From: an uncultured Actinomycetes bacterium
Lineage (GTDB): Bacteria > Actinomycetota > UBA4738 > HRBIN12
Reading direction: 5' to 3'
Assembly (NCBI GenBank): GCA_964640965.1
Contig: CAZXJB010000001.1
Span: forward strand, 6,150-70,149
Length of the DNA stretch: 64,000 nucleotides
The number at the start of each line of letters is the position of its first letter. Positions within the stretch are counted from its first letter, which is position 1. A model generated the notes under the pieces. That model was given only the letters and a program-made list of their open reading frames with translations. It had not been told where the DNA came from and made no database searches. The translations under genes and the position numbers were made by a program. Below are positions 28,914 to 38,531 of this stretch, piece by piece.

Positions 28914-29942
28914 ATGTCCGAGCTCAACGTGGTCGCCTACCGTCCTTCGCGCGCGGAGTACGCGTGGACGTTCGGGGGCGCCGCCCCGGTGAGGAAGGTG
29001 CGCCCCGGTGACGTCCTCGAGCTCTGGACGGACGACTGCTTCACGAGCCTCGTGCGCAGCGTCGACGATCTCGCCTCGAGCAAGATCGTGTTCCCGTTCC
29101 TGAACCCGCAGACCGGCCCCTTCTACGTCGAGGGCGCGGAGCCCGGCGACACCCTCGCCCTGCACTTCGTCTCGATCGAGCCGTCCCGTGACTGGGGGGT
29201 CTCGACGACGTTCCCGCTGTTCGGAGCGCTGACGTCCACCACCCGGACGGTCACGCTGCAGGACCCGCTCCCGGAGATCGTATGGATCTACCAGGTCGAC
29301 CGCGAGCGCCGCCTCGTGCGGTACGAGGCTCGAGCCGGCGACCACACCGTCGATCTCCCCCTCGACCCCATGCACGGCACGGTCGGGGTGGCGCCTCCGA
29401 ACCTCGAGGTGCGGTCCCCGCTGGTCCCGGACTCGCACGGCGGCAACATGGACACGCCCGAGATGCGCGTGGGGACGACCTGCTACCTCGGGGTGAACGT
29501 CGAGGGCGCGCTCTTCTCCATCGGGGACGGGCATTACCGGCAGGGCGAGGGCGAGACGTGTGGGGTCGCCGTCGAGGGCGCCATGGACACGACGCTCATC
29601 GTCGACCTCATCAAGGGCCGATCGACCCCGTGGCCCCGCCTGGAGGATGACCGGTACATCATGTCGGCCGGCTCGGCCCGGCCGCTCGAGGACGCGTTCC
29701 GCATCGCCCACGCGGATCTGATCGCATGGCTCGTGGAGGAGTTCGGTCTCGAGCGACTCGACGCCTACCAGCTCGTGACGCAGATCTCGGAGACGCCGAT
29801 CGCGAACGTGTGCGACCCCAACTACACCGTCGTCGCCAAGGCCCCGAAGCGGTACCTGCCGAGCGGCTCGGTCTACGACGGCGCCCACGGACGGCTGCGG
29901 GAGATGGCCGCCGGGTACCGGCGCGAGCGCGGCCTCGCCTGA
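28914..29942 (+). CDS. acetamidase/formamidase (FmdA_AmdA family)
   Basis: The protein begins 'MSELNVVAYRPSRAEYAWTF'. The fold matches FmdA_AmdA. A GGAGGAGG RBS is present. Confidence 0.85.
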   Translation: MSELNVVAYRPSRAEYAWTFGGAAPVRKVRPGDVLELWTDDCFTSLVRSVDDLASSKIVFPFLNPQTGPFYVEGAEPGDTLALHFVSIEPSRDWGVSTTFPLFGALTSTTRTVTLQDPLPEIVWIYQVDRERRLVRYEARAGDHTVDLPLDPMHGTVGVAPPNLEVRSPLVPDSHGGNMDTPEMRVGTTCYLGVNVEGALFSIGDGHYRQGEGETCGVAVEGAMDTTLIVDLIKGRSTPWPRLEDDRYIMSAGSARPLEDAFRIAHADLIAWLVEEFGLERLDAYQLVTQISETPIANVCDPNYTVVAKAPKRYLPSGSVYDGAHGRLREMAAGYRRERGLA

Positions 29943-29944
29943 GC

Positions 29945-30649
29945 ATGCGCCCGGTCGTCGGGATCCGGCATCACCTCCCCCACGAGCTCGGCGTGGTCGC
30001 CGAGGTGCTGGACGAGGAGCGCGTCCCCCACCGGTACCTGGACGCCTGGAGCGAGCCCGACTGGCCCGATCCCGACCACGTCTCCGGTCTGGTCGTGCTG
30101 GGCGGCGAGATGAACGCCGATGAGCTCACGACCTACCCGTTCCTCGCCCGGGAGCGGGCCTACCTGCGCGCGGCGGCCGACGCGGGCGTGCCGATCCTCG
30201 GCATCTGCCTCGGCGCCCAGGTGCTCGCCCGGGCCTTCGACGCGCCGGTCACCCCCTCGCCCGTGCCCGAGCTCGGGTTCCACCCGGTGACGACGACCCC
30301 CGCGGGATCGGCCGACCCGGTCCTCTCCCCCTTCGACGGGATCCCGGTGTTCCAGTGGCACGCCGACACGTTCGGCATCCCCACCGGCGCGGTCCACCTC
30401 GCTCGCGGGGACCGGGTCCCGAACCAGGCGTTCCGGGTCGGCCGCGCCTGCTACGCGGTGCAGTTCCATCCCGAGGCCACGCTCGAGGGGATCGCGGCGT
30501 GGGTCGACCGCTGGGAAGCGGATGTCCGGCGAACGGGTCGGGAGCCCGACGACCTGATCCGGGAGGCGGAGCACGCCTTGCCCGCGCAGCAGGAGGCCGG
30601 CCGGTCGGCGTTCCGAGCGTTCGCGGCCCTCGTGGCCGAGCGTGGCTAG
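29945..30649 (+). CDS. class I glutamine amidotransferase-like hydrolase (gamma-glutamyl-amine hydrolase PuuD-like)
   Basis: 'PILGICLGAQ' (nucleophile Cys) and 'VQFHPE' are present. The ATG lies 2 nt after the amidase stop. Confidence 0.8.
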   Translation: MRPVVGIRHHLPHELGVVAEVLDEERVPHRYLDAWSEPDWPDPDHVSGLVVLGGEMNADELTTYPFLARERAYLRAAADAGVPILGICLGAQVLARAFDAPVTPSPVPELGFHPVTTTPAGSADPVLSPFDGIPVFQWHADTFGIPTGAVHLARGDRVPNQAFRVGRACYAVQFHPEATLEGIAAWVDRWEADVRRTGREPDDLIREAEHALPAQQEAGRSAFRAFAALVAERG

Positions 30650-31488
30650 GCCTCGCCCTCCCAGGCGCCCGGCTCGCGGCCGAGCTCCCGATACCCCTCC
30701 CCGACCTCCTGGTACCACTTCCGAGCGGGACCGACCCTCGCGCGCAGCTTCCACCGGAGGCTCTTCGGCTTGGCCTCCACGAGTCGCCAGAGGTGGTCCA
30801 TCCGCTCCTCGACGAGCGCGCGCTGCCCGTCCGAGAGATCCGGGATCGTCTGCATGTATCGGCGGATCCGGTCGAGGTTCAGCGACACGGTGTAGTAGAA
30901 GCCCCACTCCCCCGAGAGCAGGTCCACGATCCGCGACGCGTCGAACGCCCCCGGGCTCTCGTGATCGGCGATCGGATGCTCGAGGAACAGGACGACCAGG
31001 TCCTTCAGGTCCTTCTCGTTGATCTCGACGATCTGGAGCTTCTCGAGCAGCAGGTCCGTGAGCGGGATCGTGACGGGGTCGAGGTCGAGCCTGCCGCGCA
31101 GGTCGATCGTGTGGCAGAAGTCGAGACGGTCGAGGAAGACGTCGACCCGGCGCCGCGCCCCCGAGGGATCGTGGAAGATGCGGCGGCCGACCCAGACGTC
31201 CATCGTGACCCCGCGCCCCCCGAGGACCTCGTACCCGAGCTCGGCGAACATCCGCTCGACCTGTCCGATCTCCCGGTCGTACCCCATGAAGTCGAGGTCG
31301 GTGAGGATCCGGTTCGTCTTCTCCAGCAGCCACACGTGCTGCGGGCACTGTCTGATGACCGCGAGCGCGCCCAGCAGCCGCAGGTGCACCCCGTGGGCGC
31401 GGGCGGCCTCGATGATCGTCTCGGCCTCCGCGACGAACTCCGGCCACGCCGAGAACGGCTCGCCGATCGGTCCGCTCGGCTCCTGCAT
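30646..31488 (-). CDS. hypothetical protein, possibly nucleotidyltransferase-fold
   Basis: The 280-aa product has a 'LLGALAV...ILTDLDF' segment loosely resembling the Pol-beta NTase G...DxD motif. Its start is 2 nt from the metallophosphoesterase stop. Confidence 0.5.
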   Translation of the reverse strand: MQEPSGPIGEPFSAWPEFVAEAETIIEAARAHGVHLRLLGALAVIRQCPQHVWLLEKTNRILTDLDFMGYDREIGQVERMFAELGYEVLGGRGVTMDVWVGRRIFHDPSGARRRVDVFLDRLDFCHTIDLRGRLDLDPVTIPLTDLLLEKLQIVEINEKDLKDLVVLFLEHPIADHESPGAFDASRIVDLLSGEWGFYYTVSLNLDRIRRYMQTIPDLSDGQRALVEERMDHLWRLVEAKPKSLRWKLRARVGPARKWYQEVGEGYRELGREPGAWEGEA

Positions 31489-31489
31489 C

Positions 31490-32452
31490 TCACCCCACCG
31501 TGAGGGCGTAGTTCTTCACACCCTTCTTCGGGTCCAGGATGACGAGCGACCCGCGGAGCACGCCCTCGTGGTACTCCGAGCCGGTGTTGATGCAGAGCGT
31601 CCGGCCGATCTTGATCCCGGCCGAGCACTCGTGGATGTGTCCGTGGAGCGACAGGAGCGGCTGCCACTTGCGGATGGCCTCGAGCACCGCCGTGCTGCCC
31701 ACCGGGATCATCTTCAGGCCACCCGCCTCCATCGTGGGCTTGAAGTCCTCGTCGAGCTCGGGCGCGAGATCGAGGTTGGAACCCCACGGCGGGGCATGCA
31801 CGTTGAAGATGCACCGGCTCATGTCGGGCACCTGGGCCGCGAGCTCGTCGATCTTCTGCGCGAGCACGTCCTCGGTCACGTCCCGTGGGCAGTTCCACGG
31901 GGTCACGTTCGCGTTCCCGACGGACAGGACGTAGTAGTCGTCGATCTCGATGACCCGTCCGTCGCCGTTCCGGATCGCGGTGCTCTTGTTGACGTAGTCG
32001 TCGATGAACTCGAGGTCGTCGTTGCCGGGCATCCAGATCGCGGGGGTCTTGCCGGGGTCCAGACGCTCGTCCGCGAGCCCGACCCACCCCTCCAGCACCT
32101 CCGCCATGTGCGTGCGGAACAGCTCCTCGACCTGCTCGGGCGTCTGGTACTGCGCTCGCTCCTCCGGCGTCATCCGTTGCGTGTAGTACCCCCGCTGACG
32201 CAGGGCCCGCTCGAGCTCCGCGAGCCCCCGGTCGTCGTCCACCCGCACCTCGGCGCCCTCGAACCGAGCCGTGTGGGAGCCATCGCGCTCCCGGACGATC
32301 GGCACGAGCATCTTCCCGGTCAGGTCCCCGCCCATGAGGAGGACGTCGGCACCGTAGTGCTGCGCGGCGTTCAGCCACTTGCGGAAGGTCGTCTCCGACC
32401 CGTGGACGTCCGTCGCGAAGAACAGCTTCAGCACCCGACACCTCCGTCCCAC
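31490..32452 (-). CDS. calcineurin-like metallophosphoesterase
   Basis: Metallophosphoesterase motifs 'FFATDVHGS', 'GGDLTGK', 'GNDD' and 'LHGHIHE' are present. Confidence 0.8.
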   Translation of the reverse strand: MGRRCRVLKLFFATDVHGSETTFRKWLNAAQHYGADVLLMGGDLTGKMLVPIVRERDGSHTARFEGAEVRVDDDRGLAELERALRQRGYYTQRMTPEERAQYQTPEQVEELFRTHMAEVLEGWVGLADERLDPGKTPAIWMPGNDDLEFIDDYVNKSTAIRNGDGRVIEIDDYYVLSVGNANVTPWNCPRDVTEDVLAQKIDELAAQVPDMSRCIFNVHAPPWGSNLDLAPELDEDFKPTMEAGGLKMIPVGSTAVLEAIRKWQPLLSLHGHIHECSAGIKIGRTLCINTGSEYHEGVLRGSLVILDPKKGVKNYALTVG

Positions 32453-32513
32453 GAGGGGGAGGGGGCTGCGCCGCCCTGCGTAACCCCCTCCACCCGTTCC
32501 ACCACCCCCGCCG

Positions 32514-34121
32514 TCACTCGGGGGGGACCTGCGAGAACTGCACCTTCAGCGGGATCCCCTTGCTCTGGTGGTAGAAGTGCGCGACCACGTAGATGATGAG
32601 CGGGATCACCAGCATCCCCAGGACCGTGATGTACTGGTTCGGCTCGGCGTCGCCCTTGAAGAACGGCTGCGCGACCGCCCACTCGGTGAAGATCGACACC
32701 GCGAGCGTGAGGAACCCCAGGATCGAGATCACGGGCACGCCTCCGATCCGCCGCTGGGTCGCCGGGGGGCCCGCCTCGAAGAGCTCGCGGCGCCGGTAGG
32801 GGTACACGATCCCCGCGATGCCCAAGACGATCCAGGCGACGAACCACGCCACGATCGAGTACAGGATCGCGGTCGAGTAGGCCGGGCTGTAGATGCCGAG
32901 CACCAGGAACACCTCCGCGGCGACGATCACCGCGACGATCGCCCACAGCGGCGCCCGGTACCGGGTCGCGATCTCCGAGAACCTGGTCGGGATGAGCCGG
33001 TCGAAGGACCAGGCGAACACGTTGCGGATCGGCGCGAAGCCGAGCCCCGCGAGGGAGACCCACGTCGCGACGATGAAGCACAGCCCGAAGAGCAGCTGCA
33101 GGATCGGGTTCCCCGTCATGAACGCCACGAGCAGCATCGGGACCGGCTCGCTCGAGGTGTGCTCGTGGACCAGGGCCGGCGGGAGCTTCGACGCATCGCT
33201 CGCCCAGATGGAGTCCAGCGAGTGCATGAAGTTCGTCCCGACGATCCCGTACACGAGCATGTAGAGGGCGAACCAGATCGCCATCTGCATCGCGAGGGAT
33301 CCGAAGAGCGCGAGCGCCTGGGACTTGGCCACCCCGCGGATCTCCCCCGCGAGGTTCGCCGAGAAGGTCTGCCCGAGCGTGTTCAGGTTGATGTACGTCA
33401 CCGCCGCGTACATCAGCGGCAGGAACGAGACCTTGAACAGCGCGCCCGCCTCCCTCCCCGCTTGGAGGACGGCGTCGTAGTCCGCGCCCGACAGGCGGTT
33501 GAAGTTGCCGCGGAACCCGTCCTGGCCGGTGACGATCAGGAGGAACCCGAGGATCGCCACGGCGAGCCACGCGAACGCGACGGCCCAGTAGGAGACCCGC
33601 ATCATCGCCTTGGCGCCCTTCAGGAACAGCCAGCCGGTCAGCACCAGGGCGGCGGTTCCGAGCAGGAACCGGACGATCGGCTGGTCGATGAAGTTCGCGA
33701 GGTCGATCCACCCCTGGCTCCCGCTGGAGATGCCGACCGCTCGGATCGCGTCGGCGAGGCCCCACCGGACCCACCAATCCTGGATCTGCCCCGTCCAGGA
33801 CAGCGCGGTGATGCTGATCGCGAAGGACGCGAACAGCCCCAGGCTCGGATGCAGCGTCCGGCTGATGTAGATGTACTCGCCGCCGGACCGCGGCATCGAG
33901 ACCGAGAAGTACCAGTACAACCCGGCGACCGGGAAGATCAGCAGGACGAACAGCACGCCGATCCCCATGTGCGCCCCGGGGAAGAACGCGGGCGCCCACA
34001 CGATGTACACGAGGGCGTACAGCAGCCCAGGGTTCATCGCGCAGTACATGAGGGCGTCACGGGCGCTGATCTGCCGCGTGAGGCCGGATGACTTGCGGAT
34101 GAACACGTCCTGCGTCGCCAT
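32514..34121 (-). CDS. APC-family amino acid/polyamine permease (PuuP-like)
   Basis: A 535-aa polytopic transporter. ATG 34121 has an AGAAGGGGGTGGA RBS. Confidence 0.85.
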   Translation of the reverse strand: MATQDVFIRKSSGLTRQISARDALMYCAMNPGLLYALVYIVWAPAFFPGAHMGIGVLFVLLIFPVAGLYWYFSVSMPRSGGEYIYISRTLHPSLGLFASFAISITALSWTGQIQDWWVRWGLADAIRAVGISSGSQGWIDLANFIDQPIVRFLLGTAALVLTGWLFLKGAKAMMRVSYWAVAFAWLAVAILGFLLIVTGQDGFRGNFNRLSGADYDAVLQAGREAGALFKVSFLPLMYAAVTYINLNTLGQTFSANLAGEIRGVAKSQALALFGSLAMQMAIWFALYMLVYGIVGTNFMHSLDSIWASDASKLPPALVHEHTSSEPVPMLLVAFMTGNPILQLLFGLCFIVATWVSLAGLGFAPIRNVFAWSFDRLIPTRFSEIATRYRAPLWAIVAVIVAAEVFLVLGIYSPAYSTAILYSIVAWFVAWIVLGIAGIVYPYRRRELFEAGPPATQRRIGGVPVISILGFLTLAVSIFTEWAVAQPFFKGDAEPNQYITVLGMLVIPLIIYVVAHFYHQSKGIPLKVQFSQVPPE

Positions 34122-34295
34122 CCATCCACCCCCTTCTCGCCCGGGCCCCCTCCCCGCGGGCGCGACGTCCCGGGCGTCGTCGGACCGCGCTAAGGGTAGG
34201 GCGGTCCCGTTCAACGGGCAAGACCGAGCCGCGCTCGGGCTGCCCACATCACGGAACGTGCCCTGTGCACGTTGAACACCCCGCCCGGCGAGGCG

Positions 34296-34571
34296 TCAGC
34301 CGGCCCCCTCGATCGCGAGGAGGAGCTGCACCAGGAGGATGGCGACCGCGTTCACCACGATCACGAGCGCGAGGTCGGGGTGCTCCACGGCGACCTCTCC
34401 TCTCGCGGCCGCGCGCAGCCGCGACCCAACGTGCACGAGCGCGACGAGGGCGAGCGCCGGCACCGCCACCTCGGGGCCGGCGAGCAGCACCCACCCGATG
34501 GCGAACAGGACGGCCAGCCACGCCGGCCGCCTGATCCGAGCCCGGTCCCGGCGCCTCATCCCGGGAGCCAT
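34296..34571 (-). CDS. small membrane protein (two predicted TM helices), 91 aa
   Basis: The product is hydrophobic ('WLAVLFAIGWVLLAGPEVAVPALALVALV...LVIVVNAVAILLVQLLLAI'). It lies between the GS-like gene and the permease. Confidence 0.3.
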   Translation of the reverse strand: MAPGMRRRDRARIRRPAWLAVLFAIGWVLLAGPEVAVPALALVALVHVGSRLRAAARGEVAVEHPDLALVIVVNAVAILLVQLLLAIEGAG

Positions 34572-34639
34572 GGTGCGCCCGCCGGGCACGAACGACCAGT
34601 CCGTCCGCACCGCGCAGGGAGGGCCGATCCGCCCTCGCG

Positions 34640-35968
34640 CTAGAAGAGCTCCAGGTACTCCCGCTGCTCCCAGTCGGTGATCCAGTCGTTGAACCGGGCG
34701 AGCTCGTAGCGCCGCATGACGAGGTAGGCCGTCACGAACTCCTCGCCGAAGAAGGCCCGGGTGGCCGGCTCCGCCTCGAACGCGTCGAGGGCCTCCTGGA
34801 TCGAGGTCGGGAGCTTCTCGAAGTCCTCGTCGTCCTCCGCGGGGATCCCCGGCTTGGAGGTCGGTCCCGGCTCGATCCGAGCCTCGATCCCCTGCAGACC
34901 GGCCTGCAGCAGCGCCGCGCCGATGAGGTAGGGGTTCGCGAGCGCCGAGGGGGCGCGGTACTCGAGGTGCCGCGACTGCAGCGAGCCCCCCTTCACACGC
35001 ACCAGCGCCGAGCGGTCCTCCAGTCCCCAGGAGACGTTCGTCGGGCTGAAGGTGTGGCGCCGGCGCCGTCGGTGGCAGTTCACGGTCGGAGCGATCACGG
35101 CGTCGATCGCCTTGGCGTACCGGAGCAGACCGCCGACGAAGTATCGGCAGGCCTCGGAGATCCCCAGCTCGTCCCCGTCGTCGCCGAACGCGTTCGTGCC
35201 GTCGTCCAGCCGCACGAGGGAGACGTGGGTGTGGTTCCCGCAGCCGGCCGAGCCGGCGAAGGGCTTCGACATGAAGGTCGCGAGCAACCCGTCCTGCCGC
35301 GCGATCTCCTTCACCCCGTTCCGGAAGGTGAACGCGTCGTCCGGACCCTTCAGCCCCCGGCTCGCCGCGCACGGGATCTCCCACTGCGAGCCCGCGTACT
35401 CGCAGTTCGCGGTGATGACCGACACCCCGATGCGCGGCATCTCCTCCAGGATGCGCCGGATCGTCGGCACGTAGTCGTTCCGGACGGTGTTGAAGATGTG
35501 GTACCCCTCGAACAGCGGCTCGTGCGTCTGCCCGTCGAGCAGGTAGAACTCGTACTCGGTCCCGATCACCGGCTCGAACCCCATCGCCCGACAGCGCTCG
35601 AGCGCCCGGCGGTACACGTGGCGCGGGGTCGCCTCCAGCGGGCTGCCGTCGTACCAGGTCGCATCGCAGATGAACCGACCGGTCGCCTCCACCCAGGGGA
35701 CCACCGCGGCGGTGTCGGGGTCGGGGTGCAGCAGCTGGTCCCCGTACATCCGCTCCTCGTTGTAGAGCGTGCCGGGGACCACGTCGGAGCGCGTGTCCAG
35801 GACGGAGGTCCCCCCGTACATGTTCAGCCCACGCTCGGCGTACCCGTCCGCGTGCTCGATCGGGACCGTCTTCGAGCGCGAGATGCCGTGCATGTCCGGG
35901 AGCTCGAACCGCACGAACCGGATCCCGTCGCTGCGCCACCGCTCGAGGATGGCTCCAACCTCGCTCAC
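34640..35968 (-). CDS. glutamine synthetase family protein (gamma-glutamylpolyamine synthetase GlnA2/GlnA3-like)
   Basis: The GS catalytic domain is recognisable ('GTEYEFYLL', 'NCHRRRR...'). An AGGAGGG RBS precedes GTG 35968 with a 5-nt spacer. Confidence 0.9.
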   Translation of the reverse strand: MSEVGAILERWRSDGIRFVRFELPDMHGISRSKTVPIEHADGYAERGLNMYGGTSVLDTRSDVVPGTLYNEERMYGDQLLHPDPDTAAVVPWVEATGRFICDATWYDGSPLEATPRHVYRRALERCRAMGFEPVIGTEYEFYLLDGQTHEPLFEGYHIFNTVRNDYVPTIRRILEEMPRIGVSVITANCEYAGSQWEIPCAASRGLKGPDDAFTFRNGVKEIARQDGLLATFMSKPFAGSAGCGNHTHVSLVRLDDGTNAFGDDGDELGISEACRYFVGGLLRYAKAIDAVIAPTVNCHRRRRRHTFSPTNVSWGLEDRSALVRVKGGSLQSRHLEYRAPSALANPYLIGAALLQAGLQGIEARIEPGPTSKPGIPAEDDEDFEKLPTSIQEALDAFEAEPATRAFFGEEFVTAYLVMRRYELARFNDWITDWEQREYLELF

Positions 35969-36012
35969 CTCATCCCTCCTTGTGCGTCGCCTCGCTTCGC
36001 CCCCGAGCTCAC

Positions 36013-36408
36013 CTACTCCGAGGCCACGGCGCTCACCCACCGCAGCAGGTCCCGCTCCGTGACGATCCCGACGAGTCGGGTCCCGTCGAGGACCGCCAGC
36101 CGGCGGACCCCCTTCGCGTTCATCAGGTCGAACGCCTGCTGGATGTCCGTGTCCGGGCGCACGGCGTGCACGGGCGCCGACATCACCTCTCGGATCGGTC
36201 GCCCAAGCAGGTCCGGATCGCCGAGGATCCGCCGGGTCAGGTCCCGCTCGGTGAAGATGCCGACCGCGTGATCGCCCTCGGTCACGAGGACGGATCCGAT
36301 GTCGTGCTCGACCATCGCTCGGACGGCGCTCGAGACCGGATCATCGGGCGCGACGCCGACCACGTTCACCGTCATGATCTCCCCGACCGCATCGGGCGCC
36401 TTCGTCAT
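36013..36408 (-). CDS. CBS-pair domain protein
   Basis: Two CBS motifs are present. A GGAGGGG RBS is present. Confidence 0.8.
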   Translation of the reverse strand: MTKAPDAVGEIMTVNVVGVAPDDPVSSAVRAMVEHDIGSVLVTEGDHAVGIFTERDLTRRILGDPDLLGRPIREVMSAPVHAVRPDTDIQQAFDLMNAKGVRRLAVLDGTRLVGIVTERDLLRWVSAVASE

Positions 36409-36474
36409 GTCCCCTCCGCTCCTCCTCCCTCGACGGCCGCGTCCCCTGTGCGACGCCTCGCCGGTCCGACCGCC

Positions 36475-38421
36475 TCACCGCCGGGAGCCCGTTCGGGACG
36501 CTCGGCGTCCGGCACCTCGCTCCCCGCGCGGTCCCGCGGGCGCCGTGAGCTCGCGGAGGCGGATGATCCGCAGGGCCATCATGAGGTCGAACCACCGAGC
36601 GGTCTCCGTCACGTCGAGCTCGGCCACCTGTCGGATCTTCTGGAACCGGAGCCGCAGGGTGTTCCGGTGCACGAAGAGGCGCTCGGCCGCGAGCTTCGCG
36701 TTCCCCATGCACTCCAGGTACACCTCGACGGTGCGGAACAGGTGGGTCCCCTTGGCCCGATCGTGCTCCACGAGGCGGTGCAGCCGCTCCTGGTAGACGT
36801 CCCGGACCTGCTGCTGCGCCACGTGGAAGAGGTGCCACTGGGCGCCGAGCTCGTCGAAGGTCACCGCCGCCCCCGGACCGCGGGTCGCGCGACCGATCAG
36901 CAGCGCGTTCCTCGCCTCCTCGAAGGCGTCCGGGTAGTCGTCCACGGCGCGGCAGAGCCGCGAGACCCCCACCGACACGAGCACGTCCTGACGTCGCTCG
37001 TGCGGCCGCTTCAGCTCGCACAGCCGCTCGGCGAGGCGATCCAGGCTCGTCGCCGGGGCCACGCGCAGGAGCGCCGTCAGCGTGTGGTCCCGATGCGTCG
37101 CGAGCGACCCCGGGAACCCACCCATGAGGTCCTGCCGGAGGGCCGACCACAGCCGATCGACGTCCGCCCCGCCGGTGCCCGCGGCGATCTCGAAGGCCGC
37201 GACCACGTGCGGCTGCCCGAGGTCCACCCCGAGCCGCAGCGCGCGACCCTCGAGGAGCTGCGCGTCGTCCTCACCGCGCGCGAGCGCCTCGAAGAGGTCG
37301 CGCACGACGTTGCGCTCCGTGAGGGTCTCGATGAGCCTCGCGTTCTGGACGGCGAGCGCCGCCTGGGACGCCAGGGTCAGCAGGAGCTCGCCGTCCTCCC
37401 GGTGCGGCGTGCCGGCCGATCTCGAGAGGCACGCGAGCACGCCGATCACGCGCTCCGACACGCGCATCGGCGCCACGAGCGCCGAGCGGGCCTGCGGCGC
37501 GATCAGGTCGAAGGCCCGGAAGGCCTCCGCGTGCTCGCGCCGCGACAGGGCGAGCGCCGAGGTCGCGCCGAGGAGCCGCGCCCACACCCCGTCCGCCGGA
37601 AGCGTCGGCGGCGGCCCGCCCATCGAGCCCGGCACGGCCTCCCAGAAGGCCTCGACCCCCAGGTGCCCGCCGGCCTCATCGAGCGCGAGGATGGCGGACC
37701 GGTCCGCCGCCACGAGCATCGCCGCCGTGCCGGCCAGCCGGTGCAGCACATGCCGCAGGGAGGAGGTCTGCACGACCGCCTGGCCGGCCTCCGCGAGCGT
37801 GTTCAGGACCTGCACCTGCCGGGCCTGCCGCTCGTACAGCTGCGCGTTCTCGACCGCCGTCGCGATGAGCACCGAGAGGGTGTTCATGAGGATGAGGTCG
37901 TCGTCGTCGAAGCGGTGGGGCGCCTCGGTGTGCATCGTGATGACGCCGATGAGCCGCCCGTTCGCGGAGATCACCGGGATCGTGAGGTAGGACTGGTACC
38001 GATCGTCGTTCAGCTCCGGGAAGCGCTTGAACCGAGGATCCTGGGTGGGGTTCTCCGTGATCATCCCCGGCTGGCGCGTGAGCGCGGTCCAGCCCGTGAG
38101 CCCCTCACCGAGGGCGAGCCCGAACCGACCGATCCACCGCTCGTAGCCCTCCACCCCCGCGCGGACGATGAGCCGCTCGCTCTCCTCGTCCCAGAGGTAC
38201 ACGAGGGCCCCGTGGCACCCGGTGAGCTCCTTGCAGAGGTGGACGACGTAGTCGAGCAGCTTGGCGACGTCGAGCGTCGAGGCCAGGCTCGCGAGGATCC
38301 CGAAGAGCGCCTCGGTCTCGCGCCGCTTGTCCCGGAGCATCTGACGCAGGGCCCGGGCGGCCTCCGCCGGCGGGGTCGCGAGGCCCCGTCGGGCGCTGCG
38401 GTGGGCCGCGGATCTCGTCAT
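36475..38421 (-). CDS. GAF-GAF-PucR(CdaR)-type transcriptional regulator
   Basis: Two GAF domains are followed by a C-terminal PucR HTH ('LFVHRNTLRLRFQKIRQV'). ATG 38421 has a GGAGG RBS. The upstream 174 codons of the track ORF were rejected. Confidence 0.8.
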   Translation of the reverse strand: MTRSAAHRSARRGLATPPAEAARALRQMLRDKRRETEALFGILASLASTLDVAKLLDYVVHLCKELTGCHGALVYLWDEESERLIVRAGVEGYERWIGRFGLALGEGLTGWTALTRQPGMITENPTQDPRFKRFPELNDDRYQSYLTIPVISANGRLIGVITMHTEAPHRFDDDDLILMNTLSVLIATAVENAQLYERQARQVQVLNTLAEAGQAVVQTSSLRHVLHRLAGTAAMLVAADRSAILALDEAGGHLGVEAFWEAVPGSMGGPPPTLPADGVWARLLGATSALALSRREHAEAFRAFDLIAPQARSALVAPMRVSERVIGVLACLSRSAGTPHREDGELLLTLASQAALAVQNARLIETLTERNVVRDLFEALARGEDDAQLLEGRALRLGVDLGQPHVVAAFEIAAGTGGADVDRLWSALRQDLMGGFPGSLATHRDHTLTALLRVAPATSLDRLAERLCELKRPHERRQDVLVSVGVSRLCRAVDDYPDAFEEARNALLIGRATRGPGAAVTFDELGAQWHLFHVAQQQVRDVYQERLHRLVEHDRAKGTHLFRTVEVYLECMGNAKLAAERLFVHRNTLRLRFQKIRQVAELDVTETARWFDLMMALRIIRLRELTAPAGPRGERGAGRRASRTGSRR

Positions 38422-38531
38422 CGCCGACCTCCGGGAGACGCCGAACGCTACCACCCGCCGCGCCCGATGGGAAGACGTGCGGAACAGTGCATCCCGCACA
38501 CGCGCCGACCCGGGCGCTCGACCGGGGGTCG

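Noticed and set aside
30646-31488. Calling the 280-aa hypothetical a CD-NTase/CBASS cyclase
   Set aside because: The G-to-DxD spacing (>20 residues) does not fit the canonical Pol-beta GS-x9-13-DxD motif. No effector, E1/E2 or HORMA partner genes are adjacent. The call was kept only as a possible NTase fold.
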